A stretch of 64,000 bases of DNA from Nitrospirota bacterium. Lineage in GTDB: Bacteria; Nitrospirota; UBA9217. The position numbers and the translations under genes were made by a program. Below, one piece after another: positions 41,043 to 51,737 of the stretch. Below the pieces are notes generated by a model that searched no databases, was not told where the DNA came from, and saw nothing but the letters and a program-made list of their open reading frames with translations. Each line of letters starts with the position of its first letter. The stretch's first letter is position 1. The stretch lies in NCBI GenBank assembly GCA_963790205.1, contig CAWBNQ010000001.1:320001-384000 (forward strand), read 5' to 3'.

Positions 41043-43979
41043 TCATTGCCGCAACGCATCCTGCCGGGGCGCAACGCGCTCCAGGCCGGGCGCGTTGCTT
41101 GCCGCGAGGAGGTCGACGAACACGTTCACGATTGACGGATCAAACTGTGAGAGTGAACACCGTTTAAGCTCATTAATCGCTTCGTCTATGCTGAATGCAG
41201 TTCGATAGGGCCGTTCACCCGTCATGGATTCAAAAGCGTCCGCAACGGCGAGGATCCTCGCCCAGAGCGGTATGCGTTCCCCCTTCAGGCCGTCCGGATA
41301 ACCCGTCCCGTCAAACCGTTCGTGGTGGTGTTTGATGCAGGGGATTACGCGGTTCAACTGCTTGATCGGCTCCAGGAGCACCACGCCCCGGAGCGGGTGG
41401 TTTTTTACGGCCTCATACTCCTCTTTCGTAAGTGCGCCGGGCTTGTTCAGAATGACATCGTAAATCCCAATCTTCCCTACGTCATGGAGCAGACCGCCCA
41501 GCTCCAGGTCCTTGAGGTCGCCTTCCTGAAAGCCCATTTTCCCCCCGATCTGGAGCGCGTAGCGCGTGACCCGCTCGGAGTGGCCCGCGGTCCAGGGAGA
41601 TTTGGCGTCGATGGCGTTGGACAGCGACTTTACCGTTCCAATGAGAAGTTCCTGCAGATCGGTCACCAGACGCGTATTTTCCAGGGCAACGCCGATCAAG
41701 GCAGCGAGTTTTTCGAGCGTCGAAAGGTTCTCCGGCGTGAACGCAGCCTTCCGTTTACTGTCCACCCCAAGGACGCCGACCGGAGCTCCCTTTACGATAA
41801 GCGGCACCCTGATATGAGAAACGAACCCCTCCTGAAGCAGGTTCTGCTCTTTCGGCAACAAAAGGTCGAGCTCCTCCTTATTCCCCACACACTGGGGCCG
41901 GGCCGTCTTGACGACCTCCGTTGCCGAGGTGTCGCAGAAGGGCACAAAGGGCTTGTGCGATGAGCCGGATATTCCATTGCCCGTTGCCTGGATGAACCCC
42001 TGCCGATCGCGGTCCACGAGCAGGATGCCCGCCCTGTCGCAGGGAACGATCCGGGAAATGTTCCTCGTGGTCGTCTCGAGAATTTCGTGGGGTTCCAGGC
42101 TCGAAAGAATGCTCCTGTCGATCTCGTGAATGACCTGGAGCGTTTCGATCTTGTGGTTCAGCTCCAGGGACTGCTCCATCGTGGTCCTATACAGCTGCGC
42201 CTCGTCGAGGGCGAGTGAAATCTGGCGGGAAAGCCCCTCCACGATTTTGTGATCTCGCTCCGCGAATTTCTTGTCGGTCCGGTAGCAGGCAATGATGAGG
42301 CCGAGCTGGTCCGTTTTGCCGATCAGAGGAATGACGACGAGCGTCTTCAGGCCGCTGTGCATCCAGACGGCCGTTTTGGCCGGCAGCGGCGTATCACCCG
42401 CCCCCTCGGCGTTCGTCAAGGACGTTACGGTCGCGGATACGTCTTTGTCCGAACTTGAGAACCGCACCAGGAGCGGACCCTTCAGCTCCAGAACACGTTT
42501 TATGAAATCTACGCTTCCGTCAAGCGGTTCGGTCCTGAACAGCGGGACCAGATCATGATCAAGACCGTGCTGCTGGCACGGTTGAAAGACCTTTCGGTCC
42601 CCCGTCCAGAGATAGGAGACACAGGCATCGCACGCCAGCACTCTGCTGCCGCAGCGGGTGGTATGCTCCAAGAGCTTGTCGACGTCCATGGTATAGGCGG
42701 TGGTTTCGGCGATCATGAGAAGGTTTGCCGTGATTTCCATCTCCTGTTTGATGTTCTCCTCGACAAGCTTCATCTCCGTGATGTCTTCAAGGATGTGAAC
42801 GGAATAAAGATAATTGCCGCGGTCATCATGGACCGGATAGTATCGTGCGCGGAAGATTTTGCGCAGCGCGGGCACGGGAATTTCTTCGTCGGGCGCCTGC
42901 TTCCTTCCGCCGCAAAAGGCCGGTGTCGGTTCGCAGCTCCTGAACGGCGCGTCCATTTTGGGGAACACGGCATGGTAAGGCTTGCCGATGAATTCCTTGT
43001 ATGTCATGCCCGCAGCCTCGCAATACGCGCGGTTCGCCCTCATAATCCGGAATTCCCGGTCATGGATGAAAACAGGGCTCGAGATGGCGTCGAAGGTGAC
43101 CTCCCACTCCCTTTTTGCACGGGTGCTGTTGTCCAGTTCCCGCTTCAGCTTTTCCTCGCTCTCGCGCAGCGCCTTGTTGACACGCAGCAGCTCCTGCTCC
43201 GCCTGCTTGCGCGCGGTGATATCGGAAGCCAGTCCGTCGTAGGCGATCAGACGCCGCTGCGGATCACGACGGGGCACCGGCGTGTTTTTGATCCAACGGA
43301 TGCTGCCATCCTTGTGGATTATGCGATGCTCGAGGGGGAGAGGGGTTTTGCCTGAAAACACCTTGCTGGTCATCTCCAGGACGGCCTGCCGGTCGTCCTC
43401 GTGGACCATCCGGTACCACAGGAAAGGATCCCGCGCGTATTCCTCCGAGGTATATCCGGTCACCGCAACGCAACTGGGGCTGTGCCGCGAAGCGGCGGGC
43501 CTTCCATTCTCAACCTGCACGGTATACACGTAATCCGTGACAGACTCGAGGAGATGCCGATAACGCGCGTCGCTCTCCGTGAGGGCGCGCTCGGCAACCC
43601 GACGATCGGCGCTGGCGGCGATGATGCTCAGCAGCTTGTCGCAACCGACCGGGTCTTTTTTCACGCAGTCGCAGGCGCCCAACTGGAGCGCCCGCCTTGT
43701 CCATGCTTCGCCCAGCCCATCGGTCAGGACGACCGTAGGGACCGGTCCAGCGTGCTTCAGGCTCGCCGCAAGGATTTCTTCGCGATGATCGGAATCGTCG
43801 TCGAGGTCGAGGAGAACCACATCAAAATCCTCGCTGCCCAGCCGCGCGACGGCGGCATCGACGCCATGGACCGGTACGAACTCAAAGGTCCTCGAATCCC
43901 GGTCAAGCACCTCGCCTGTCAGACCCGCGCCATCGATTCGGTTGTTGACCAGTAAAACGGTGTACGTTTTCTCATGCAT
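41043..43979 (-). CDS. REC-PAS-PAS-GAF-GAF-HD-GYP cyclic dinucleotide phosphodiesterase
   Basis: GHSERV, LLHDVGKIG, HHERFDGTGYPDGL, AVADAFE. Confidence 0.92.
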   Translation of the reverse strand: MHEKTYTVLLVNNRIDGAGLTGEVLDRDSRTFEFVPVHGVDAAVARLGSEDFDVVLLDLDDDSDHREEILAASLKHAGPVPTVVLTDGLGEAWTRRALQLGACDCVKKDPVGCDKLLSIIAASADRRVAERALTESDARYRHLLESVTDYVYTVQVENGRPAASRHSPSCVAVTGYTSEEYARDPFLWYRMVHEDDRQAVLEMTSKVFSGKTPLPLEHRIIHKDGSIRWIKNTPVPRRDPQRRLIAYDGLASDITARKQAEQELLRVNKALRESEEKLKRELDNSTRAKREWEVTFDAISSPVFIHDREFRIMRANRAYCEAAGMTYKEFIGKPYHAVFPKMDAPFRSCEPTPAFCGGRKQAPDEEIPVPALRKIFRARYYPVHDDRGNYLYSVHILEDITEMKLVEENIKQEMEITANLLMIAETTAYTMDVDKLLEHTTRCGSRVLACDACVSYLWTGDRKVFQPCQQHGLDHDLVPLFRTEPLDGSVDFIKRVLELKGPLLVRFSSSDKDVSATVTSLTNAEGAGDTPLPAKTAVWMHSGLKTLVVIPLIGKTDQLGLIIACYRTDKKFAERDHKIVEGLSRQISLALDEAQLYRTTMEQSLELNHKIETLQVIHEIDRSILSSLEPHEILETTTRNISRIVPCDRAGILLVDRDRQGFIQATGNGISGSSHKPFVPFCDTSATEVVKTARPQCVGNKEELDLLLPKEQNLLQEGFVSHIRVPLIVKGAPVGVLGVDSKRKAAFTPENLSTLEKLAALIGVALENTRLVTDLQELLIGTVKSLSNAIDAKSPWTAGHSERVTRYALQIGGKMGFQEGDLKDLELGGLLHDVGKIGIYDVILNKPGALTKEEYEAVKNHPLRGVVLLEPIKQLNRVIPCIKHHHERFDGTGYPDGLKGERIPLWARILAVADAFESMTGERPYRTAFSIDEAINELKRCSLSQFDPSIVNVFVDLLAASNAPGLERVAPRQDALRQ

Positions 43980-44028
43980 AGGTCCTTGCTCAAATCACGG
44001 ACATGACGCACCGGTCGCGCGGGCTCAC

Positions 44029-44418
44029 CTAAAAGTTGACGGCTCTGTCCGAAAGCGGGCTTTCCATGGCAGCCTCTATGACCTTCCTGAGTTCATGGGC
44101 AACAACCGGCTTGTTCATATATTCAAATACGCCGAGACTCAGGGTCTTGATATACGTTTCTATGCTGCCGCACGCGGTGACCATGATTACCGGGAGGTTG
44201 GGGAAAAACATCTTGACGTTGGCGACAAAAACGATGCCATCCATATCGGGCATTTGATACTCGGAAATGATGAGATCGATCTGGAAGTCATCGCGCAGGG
44301 CTGACAACGCTTCCGCGCCCGTCTGCGCCACGATGACCTGGTACCCGCATTTGTTCAGGATGTCGACAACGCAGTCCCGAGCAACAGGAGTATTATCCAC
44401 CACAAGAACGGTTTTCAC
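44029..44418 (-). CDS. Single-domain response regulator (Glu at the phospho-acceptor position)
   Basis: VLVVDN, LIISEYQMPDMDG, YMNKP. Confidence 0.82.
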   Translation of the reverse strand: MKTVLVVDNTPVARDCVVDILNKCGYQVIVAQTGAEALSALRDDFQIDLIISEYQMPDMDGIVFVANVKMFFPNLPVIMVTACGSIETYIKTLSLGVFEYMNKPVVAHELRKVIEAAMESPLSDRAVNF

Positions 44419-44491
44419 AGTATTTCCTCTTCTACGGTTTCCGGGCCGAGCGAATGTGCGACATTCTGCGTCGAATTGCCGAGTGTCGACA

Positions 44492-44692
44492 TCAGGAAAA
44501 GTTTGCTATAATGCCGTCGGACTCAACGGCATCCGTGAACCCGCCCTTTTTTGACGACGGGGAGAAAAAAGGGCATTTTTTATGTTTGTCCTGCGTGCAG
44601 TATTCGTTGAGCTCGAACATACTGGGGATATAGACCGCTCCCAGGCTTCTGCACGACAGGATGCGTTTTCCTTCCAGGAAAGAGCACTGCAT
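44492..44692 (-). CDS. Small Cys-rich protein
   Basis: Four spaced Cys (MQCSF, LSCR, EYCT, HKKCPF); fits operon spacing. Confidence 0.6.
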   Translation of the reverse strand: MQCSFLEGKRILSCRSLGAVYIPSMFELNEYCTQDKHKKCPFFSPSSKKGGFTDAVESDGIIANFS

Positions 44693-44721
44693 GCGTTCCT
44701 CCAGGCCGCCACCGCGGGCTG

Positions 44722-45231
44722 CTATGCCGCCTCCGTCAGCGCCGGCTCCGAACGGCCCGCTTGCACCGCGGCAAGTTCTTCGGCGGAAAAAACCTTGTCG
44801 ATGTCGAGGATGATGATGAACCGTTCGTTGTGCTTTCCCATGCCCTTGATGAACTCCGTGTTCAATCCCGTTCCGATCTTCGGCGCCGGTTCGATACTAT
44901 CGGGACCGAGGTCCATCACCTCCTGCACCGAATCCGCAAGAGCTCCCAGGGTCGTTCGTTCTCCGTCCACGTTCACCTCCGTGATGATGACGCAGGTGTC
45001 CACCGTCCTGTCCGTTTTCGGCATGCCGAACTTGAGCCGCAGGTCCACCACCGGCACCACGGCGCCGCGAAGGTTAATGACCCCGCGCAGGAAGTCCGGC
45101 ATCTTCGGCACTTTCGTAATCGTCGAAAAGTCCAGTACCTCGCGGACCCTGGAAATGTCGAAGGCAAAAATCTCATCAGCGAGCTTGTACGTCAAATACT
45201 GGGTCGTGACCGCACGTTCCGCTGTATTCAT
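44722..45231 (-). CDS. cheW: CheW adaptor
   Basis: QYLTYKL, GVINLRGAVVPVVDLR, LADSVQEV. Confidence 0.95.
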   Translation of the reverse strand: MNTAERAVTTQYLTYKLADEIFAFDISRVREVLDFSTITKVPKMPDFLRGVINLRGAVVPVVDLRLKFGMPKTDRTVDTCVIITEVNVDGERTTLGALADSVQEVMDLGPDSIEPAPKIGTGLNTEFIKGMGKHNERFIIILDIDKVFSAEELAAVQAGRSEPALTEAA

Positions 45232-45306
45232 GGCAGTCTCCTGGATAAAAGGTTGAGGTTGAGGTCCAGGCTGGGAAAAAGAATCTCCTGACCTCAGCCT
45301 CCGTTT

Positions 45307-47383
45307 TTAGAATTTTTCAAACTCGGAGTCTTTGCCGTCACCATCATCTCCGCGCCCTTGTTTCAGGTTCAGCGCCACGCCGGAAGGCTTGACCACAGCA
45401 CGCGGAGAAACCAGCGGCTGCGACTGGCCCACGGCATGGGGCAGATGGGCGACGTGTATCCCGCCCCTTGTCTTCTGGATGTGCCCGATCTTTTCGTACT
45501 TCTTAATATCCGCAAGTTTAAGTTTTCTCGTCTCCTTCCGCTCCTGTCCGTCCACCTTGAAGAACGATATCGTGTCCTGGAGCTGTTCGGCCTGGGAGGA
45601 AAGCTCCTCCGACGTGGAGGACATTTCTTCCGCGGCCCCCGCGTTCTGCTGGATCACCTGGTTCAGCTGCTGGATCGCGCTGTTGATCTGGTCCGCGCCG
45701 CCGGACTGTTCCTTCGAGGCCGCGCTGATCTCCTGCACCAGCTCCGCGGTCTTCTGGATATCGGGCACGAGCTTGGTGAGCATGGCCCCGGCCCGCTCCG
45801 CAACATTCACGCTCGACGCGGACAGCTTGCTGATCTCTCCCGCGGCGGTCTGGCTCCGCTCGGCGAGCTTCCGCACCTCGGCCGCCACCACGGCAAAGCC
45901 CTTGCCGTGTTCGCCGGCCCGGGCCGCCTCGATGGCCGCGTTCAGGGCGAGCAGGTTCGTCTGGCGCGCGATCTCCTCGATGATCGAGATCCGGGAGGCG
46001 ATGTCCTTCATGGCGGCCATGGCCTCGGTCACCGCCTTGCCGCTCTCGATCGCGTCTGCCGAGGACTTGAGGGCGATCTTCTCGGTCTGCTGGGCATTGT
46101 CCGCGTTCTGCTTGATCGTGGCGTTCATCTCCTCCACGGCGGAGGACGCTTCTTCGGCGGACGCCGCCTGCTCGGTGGCGCCCTGCGACATCTGCTCCGA
46201 CGCCGGCGGAGAGCTGCTGGCTCCCGGCCGCCACGTTGTCCGCCGCGGTCTTGACATCGGTCACCACGGTGCGGAGCTGTTCGAGCATCGCGGCAAGGGA
46301 TTTCCCGAGCGTGTCTTTTTCCGAAAGGACCTTTACGTTCCCGTTCAGGTCTCCCGCTGCTATCGCTTCCGCGGCCCGGGCAAGCGCCCTGAGGCTCTGG
46401 ATGACCTTGTTCAGGCTCGCGACGATCTTGGCAATCTCGTCCTGACGCTCGGCCACCACCTCGATCGAAAGGTCGCCCTCGCTGAAGGCATCAAGTTGCT
46501 TGACCAGCATGTCCACCTGTCTCTGCAGATAGTCGCGCTGTTCATCCGCTTCCCGTTGAAGGCGCTTGACCTCGGAAATGTCGATGATCACCTCCATGCC
46601 GCCGTACGGCTTGCCCTGCTCATCGAGGAGCGGCGAACACGCCGCCTGCACGGGCACCTTCTTGCCGCTTCTGGTCTCCGCCACGGTCTCGCCGATGATC
46701 GCCTGGCCCGTGCGGAAACAGTTCTTGAGGGTGCAGTTGTCCGTGCCGCAAAGGGGCGTCCTGCACAACTGGGCGCAGGTCATCTTGCCGACCACCTCGT
46801 CCCTCCGGTAGCCCATGGCTTTCAAGGCAGCGTCATTGACCGACGTGATCACGAGGTCCCGGTCCGCGACGAACATGGGGGCGGCGATGGATTTGAGGAT
46901 GTTGTCGATCTCCCACTTGGCGCGCGCGACATCGGTCTGGTCGATGATCACCTCCATGCCGCCGTAGACGTTCCCGCGTTCGTCGAGCAGCGCTGAGCAG
47001 GCCGCCTTGATGGGGAACTTCTTTCCCCCCCTTGTCTCCGCAACGGTCTCGCCGATGATGGTGCCGCCGGTGCGCATGCAGTTTTTGAGCGTGCAGCTTT
47101 CCGTGCCGCAGAGCGGCGTTTTCGCCAGTTGGGCGCAGGTCATCTTCCCGACAACCTCGTCCCGCTGATAGCCCATCGCCCTGAGCGCGGCGTCATTGAT
47201 GGCCGTGATCATCAGGTCCCGATCAACGATATAGATCGGAGCCGCGCTGAAGGTTAAAACCGCGTCGGACCGCATGACTTTCTCCGGCCGTCCGGCGCGG
47301 CTGATTACCGGTGTCCGTGAACGCCCACGCTGCTTCCCATTGCCATTGCCAGGTTTTCTTGCCGTCTTCAACAGTGCTTTCAT
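45307..47383 (-). CDS. Soluble chemoreceptor (two Cys-rich PAS, HAMP, MCP signalling domain), split by a 1-nt frameshift near 46201
   Basis: [40 protein letters not shown] in 3' part; tandem PAS and HAMP in 5' part; no TM segment. Confidence 0.9.
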
Positions 47384-47490
47384 GGCGGTTCCTCCCTATG
47401 ATGATGCTGTTATGAAGAGCGTCGCGTCAAAAGTGCACATGCCGCAGCGATATTCTGCACAGCCGAGGACTTTGACGCATCGTTTGCGCA

Positions 47491-47886
47491 CTATCGTTCC
47501 GGGTCGCAGTCAGTCCACAGGCACCCTGTTTTACATTCCTGCCCGGCCCCGGAGCAATGAACATATTCGGCCGCTTCCGCGGCCCGGTGGAACAAAGCCG
47601 TACGGTCGCCGGCAAGCGCGAAGTCCTTTCTCAGCTCATGCGACACCCGAAAGGCCGTGCACAGCAGCTTGAGGCAGCTCATGTCGATGGACGTGACCTG
47701 TTCGCAGTTCACGATCAGGCGGTCTACGCGGTCGAGGACGCGGGCCAGATGCGTCCGCAATTCCCCTGCCTGGAATTCGGAAAGGCTTCCCTGGAGCGTC
47801 AAGATGCCGAGGGTCCCTGAATTCCGTACAGCAAGATGTATCATGTTCATCGAATCAGGTTGAGCCACTGTACGCATTCGCAACAC
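47491..47886 (-). CDS. STAS-domain protein (start may be 47850)
   Basis: LTLQGSL, VNCEQVTSIDMSCLKLL; Cys-rich tail. Confidence 0.8.
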   Translation of the reverse strand: MLRMRTVAQPDSMNMIHLAVRNSGTLGILTLQGSLSEFQAGELRTHLARVLDRVDRLIVNCEQVTSIDMSCLKLLCTAFRVSHELRKDFALAGDRTALFHRAAEAAEYVHCSGAGQECKTGCLWTDCDPER

Positions 47887-47964
47887 ATTTGAAAAGGCTT
47901 TTTCAGTAAACTGCTGCTGCTTGTGGAAGATTGTGGAACGCGGCCGAACGTTACCTGATCATTG

Positions 47965-47980
47965 AGCAAGAGCTGTGCCG
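47965..47980 (-). promoter_or_regulatory. Sigma54 -24/-12 promoter
   Basis: Minus strand CGGCAC-AGCTC-TTGCT; TGCA-containing dyads upstream (about 48034-48086). Confidence 0.7.
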
Positions 47981-48400
47981 ATTCTGATTAAGTTGTTTTT
48001 ACTGGAGAATGTTCTTGAGTAGCGAGAAAAGCGCATTGCAATTATCCATAGTATTGCAGAATGCACGTGCGTATTGTTATACTGCAGAAATCGGGTGATA
48101 ATGCGGAGGGTTGTCAGATTGCGGGAAAGGTAACTACTCAGGTCAGCCATTTTGCTTCAGCACAAGGCGTGTCGGCGTGCTTTGTACTGCAACGCTGCTG
48201 ATATCCGTACCCATAGAGGGGCAGCGCTTTCGCGACGCACACGCTGCCTGACTGAAGCGGCGTTCCAACGACTATTGCGACGTGCTTTTTTGCGCCGGTG
48301 CTCAGCGGCGGACCTGAGTAATTATCGGAAAAGAATATCACGATGAAAATGAAGGCTTTGGTCGTCTCCGGTTTGTCCCGACCGTGGGGGCTTGTGCGGA

Positions 48401-49750
48401 TTAGGACGTAATGCCATTCTGCTTTATCTTCCGCATGAGCGTTGAATAGTCTATCTTGAGTATTGCCGCGGCCTTCTTCTTGTTTCCCTTTGTGGATCTG
48501 AGGGTCTGATGGATGGCCTGCTTTTCAATTTCCGAGAGGCTCAGGCTGGAGAGTCCGCCGGCCAGTGGTTGTTCGGGACCCGCGTGTTCCGGAGTAATGA
48601 GAAACTCAATTCGTTCGGGCATAATGATGTCGCTCTCGGAAAGGAGCACCGCCCGCCTCATTACATTTTTCAGTTCCCTGACGTTGCCCGGCCAGGGATA
48701 CCGTCTGAGCAGCGTTTCAGCATCCGGGGAGATCCCCCGAACCTGTTTTTTCAGCTCTGTTGCCGCTTCATGGCAAAACCGCTGCGCCAGAAAGGGAATA
48801 TCTTCGGTCCGCTCCCTGAGCGGGGGGATAATGATCATGAACTCGCCGAGCCGGAAAAACAGATCTTCACGGAATTTTTTTATCGCCACAGCCTGATTGA
48901 GGTTCGTATTGGTCGCGGCAATGATCCGTGCGTTTATGTTCACCGGTTGTGTGCTCCCGAGCGGAGTGGCTTTTCTCCCCTCCACCACTCGGAGAAGCTT
49001 GCTTTGCACAAAAGGGGACATGTTCTGCACTTCATCGATGAGCAGGGTGCCGCCGCCGGCAATTTCGAACAGGCCCTGTTTTTTCTTTTCAGCGCCGGTG
49101 AACGCGCCCTTCTCAAAGCCGAACAGTTCGCTCTCCACCAGGGTCTCCGGTATCGCCCCCATATCAACCGCAATGAATGGGCCTTTTTTCCGCGCGCTCA
49201 GGTTGTGGATCAGGTTTGCTATATAGGACTTGCCCGTTCCGGTCTCTCCCTGGATGATAATCGAGAATTCGCTCCAGGCAACCTGGCGTATCTGCTCAAT
49301 GACTTTTTTGATGAGCGGACTCTTCCCCAGCAACCATTCCAGGGATTCCTCCATCTCGATATTCAGCTGCTGGACCTTCTTTTCCAGTTCCCGTTTCTCA
49401 AGCGCCTTGTTCAGTGTTATGATGAGATGGTCGAAATCAGGCGGCTTGAGCATGAAATCAGTTGCCCCGAGCTTGATGGCCGCAACCGCGGTCGACACAT
49501 CGCCGTGCGCCGTAATAACGATAATCGGCATGGCAGGGTCGATCTTTCTTATTTCACGCAGGGTCTCATTCCCGTCCATGTCGGGCATTTTCAGGTCGAG
49601 GAGCGCAAGGTCTGTCTTCATTGTTCGGACAAGATTCAAGGCCTCATGGCCTCGGGAGGCCTCGATCGGGAAGAACCCCTCTGCCTTCAGGATATCAGAG
49701 AGGACCTCCCGTATTTCAGGGTCGTCATCTATAATAAGTATTCTATACAT
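48401..49750 (-). CDS. NtrC/AtoC-family sigma54 activator
   Basis: REC, GETGTGK, ESELFG, GAFTGA, WPGNVREL, Fis-type HTH. Confidence 0.96.
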   Translation of the reverse strand: MYRILIIDDDPEIREVLSDILKAEGFFPIEASRGHEALNLVRTMKTDLALLDLKMPDMDGNETLREIRKIDPAMPIIVITAHGDVSTAVAAIKLGATDFMLKPPDFDHLIITLNKALEKRELEKKVQQLNIEMEESLEWLLGKSPLIKKVIEQIRQVAWSEFSIIIQGETGTGKSYIANLIHNLSARKKGPFIAVDMGAIPETLVESELFGFEKGAFTGAEKKKQGLFEIAGGGTLLIDEVQNMSPFVQSKLLRVVEGRKATPLGSTQPVNINARIIAATNTNLNQAVAIKKFREDLFFRLGEFMIIIPPLRERTEDIPFLAQRFCHEAATELKKQVRGISPDAETLLRRYPWPGNVRELKNVMRRAVLLSESDIIMPERIEFLITPEHAGPEQPLAGGLSSLSLSEIEKQAIHQTLRSTKGNKKKAAAILKIDYSTLMRKIKQNGITS

Positions 49751-50095
49751 GAGTTATGGACCATTGCGAGCGTCGATAGGCGGTGCTGTAAGATCCTTCC
49801 GCGAGGTGTACGGAGGACATATGTGAACTCTTTCAGTGCCATTGTGGCGATTATAACAAACACCTATTCCAAATACAATATGGAATTTAGGAACGAAAGA
49901 AGAAAGACGCACCAGCAATCTAGGCTACTCCCATTCCCCTCTGCAGAACCTGATCCGAAGCTCTCAGGAACTATGTAAAAAACTGACAGAGATGCGGACG
50001 TCCAAATGCCTTTGTTTATGAGTGATCTCATGGCGGGTTATTACAGCTTCCGCCCCCAACGCTGCGCCATCCACGTTATAATGTAAGGAAGAGAC

Positions 50096-51694
50096 GGGCT
50101 GTTGCCCAAAGGACTTCCCGCGAACGATCAAGCGCCTTGATGCGTAAAGAGGTCTAAGCTAATGACGGGCAATATCGGTTCTGTCTCAAGGGAACATGCA
50201 AAATGAGCGATCCGAAAGCCTTTGCCACTGTTCTTTGAACAACGAGCAGCCGTACCGCAGCTGCTTTCTTCGGCTTGGAAGCATGCGCTATTAGCACTTG
50301 CATGTTCTGGATGGCACAGGTCATATATTCCTGGACCCGCATTCGCCAAAGGCCTCGCCAGCGTGCTTGATCGAAGCCGTATCGGGTGCCCCTGGCAAAG
50401 GATCGCTCCATCAGGTGTTGTCTGGTTTTGATGTCGTACCGTGCATTGGCTGATCGACTGATTGCACGCATGCGCTCCAGAACATTCTGCCGGAGATGAC
50501 GCTTGATCGTTCGGCCGGACTTGTTTTTCGTGCATTGCTCTCTAAGCTGGCACGCTGCGCAGACTTTCCTGGGCGCTGCGTAATCCCGGCTTTGTCTGGC
50601 TATATGCAGCGACTTCGGCTTGAGCTGAGTTCCTGCCGGGCACATATAGGAGTCGGTGGCAGGATCATAGGAAAATCTATCTTCCATAAAGATGTCGGTT
50701 TTCGCTATGCGATTGATCGCCACGTCTCGTAAATCCGGGATATGCGCCTTTATGCCCTTGTCATGGCAGGCAAGGAAGTTGTCGATCGTTCCGTACTTAC
50801 TGTCCGCAACAACCGTTTCGGCCTCGACTTCCGTTGTTGCGTGGTGTTGCTCAAGCAGCGAAAGCATCAGATGGGCTTCGTTCACATCGCCGGGCGCTAC
50901 GTCGGTTGCAGTGATGATTTCTTTTTTACCGTCAACGGCCCGATGCACTTGGTAGGAAAGTTTGGATTTCCCCCGGTTCACCAGGGCCGCGTCCGGGTCG
51001 GTGGTGGAGATATAGCGGTTGTTCTTTTTTTCGTAGGTCCTGGAAGGATCAGTGCTTTCGGTGCGTTCTTCCAAGCGGGCTTCCAGCTTTTTATAATTTT
51101 TGTGCAACTGATGTTTCAGGTTCCGGGTATCGAGAACCGAACTGTTGGAGGCATTTGCATCCACCAGACTGGAGTCGACGAAGATCTTGCGGCCGTCAAT
51201 AAGACCGGCTTCCGCGCACTGCAGAACAATACGTTCGAAGAACCTTTGAAAAACATCGAGGCCCCATTTTTTGCGGGCCTTGGATAGCACGCTATGGTTG
51301 GGAATTTCAGAATCAAGGTCATACCCGAGAAACCAGAGCCAATCCATACGCTCTGGCAGGGTGTCCATCAGCTCCCGCTCCGAGCGGACATTATAAAAGA
51401 TCAGGAGTAGCATCAGTTTCAGGATAATTGGTGGTGGCACTGAAACGTTGCCGTTGTTGCCGTACAAGTCCTTGACTTCGTCATAGGCGAAGTTGAAATC
51501 GATCAGCGTATTGACTTTTCTCAAAGGATGGTTCTCACGAACCCGTTTTTCTATATTGATGCCGATATAGAACAAGCTGCTTTGAGGCGGTTGCTGCAAT
51601 CCCATCATGGCTATTGGCTCCTGATGTCGTGATTGACGTCGCAGCAATATAGCATTACTGAGTGGCTTTCTCAATATCATTTGGGCAACAGCCC
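50096..51694 (-). mobile_element. IS1182-family insertion sequence
   Basis: Perfect 15-bp inverted repeats GGGCTGTTGCCCAAA (50096-50110) / TTTGGGCAACAGCCC (51680-51694); GAGAC on both flanks. Confidence 0.88.
50154..51608 (-). CDS. IS1182-family DDE transposase
   Basis: HPLRKV, SERELM, VDSSLVDANAS, STTDPDA, VADSKYG, YMCPAG. Confidence 0.9.
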   Translation of the reverse strand: MMGLQQPPQSSLFYIGINIEKRVRENHPLRKVNTLIDFNFAYDEVKDLYGNNGNVSVPPPIILKLMLLLIFYNVRSERELMDTLPERMDWLWFLGYDLDSEIPNHSVLSKARKKWGLDVFQRFFERIVLQCAEAGLIDGRKIFVDSSLVDANASNSSVLDTRNLKHQLHKNYKKLEARLEERTESTDPSRTYEKKNNRYISTTDPDAALVNRGKSKLSYQVHRAVDGKKEIITATDVAPGDVNEAHLMLSLLEQHHATTEVEAETVVADSKYGTIDNFLACHDKGIKAHIPDLRDVAINRIAKTDIFMEDRFSYDPATDSYMCPAGTQLKPKSLHIARQSRDYAAPRKVCAACQLREQCTKNKSGRTIKRHLRQNVLERMRAISRSANARYDIKTRQHLMERSFARGTRYGFDQARWRGLWRMRVQEYMTCAIQNMQVLIAHASKPKKAAAVRLLVVQRTVAKAFGSLILHVPLRQNRYCPSLA

Positions 51695-51737
51695 GGAGAC
51701 AGGTGACTCTGATACCGATATCCGGGAAGGTGCAGCC

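Noticed and set aside
38504..41074. 856-aa minus-strand ORF and similar long antisense ORFs (4778-6355, 48509-49978, 56381-58000, 58500-59762)
   Set aside because: Shadow frames of well-supported genes in GC-rich DNA, with no motifs
47959..48346. Short ORFs between the STAS gene and the activator
   Set aside because: No motifs or RBS; region better explained as the sigma54 promoter and enhancer
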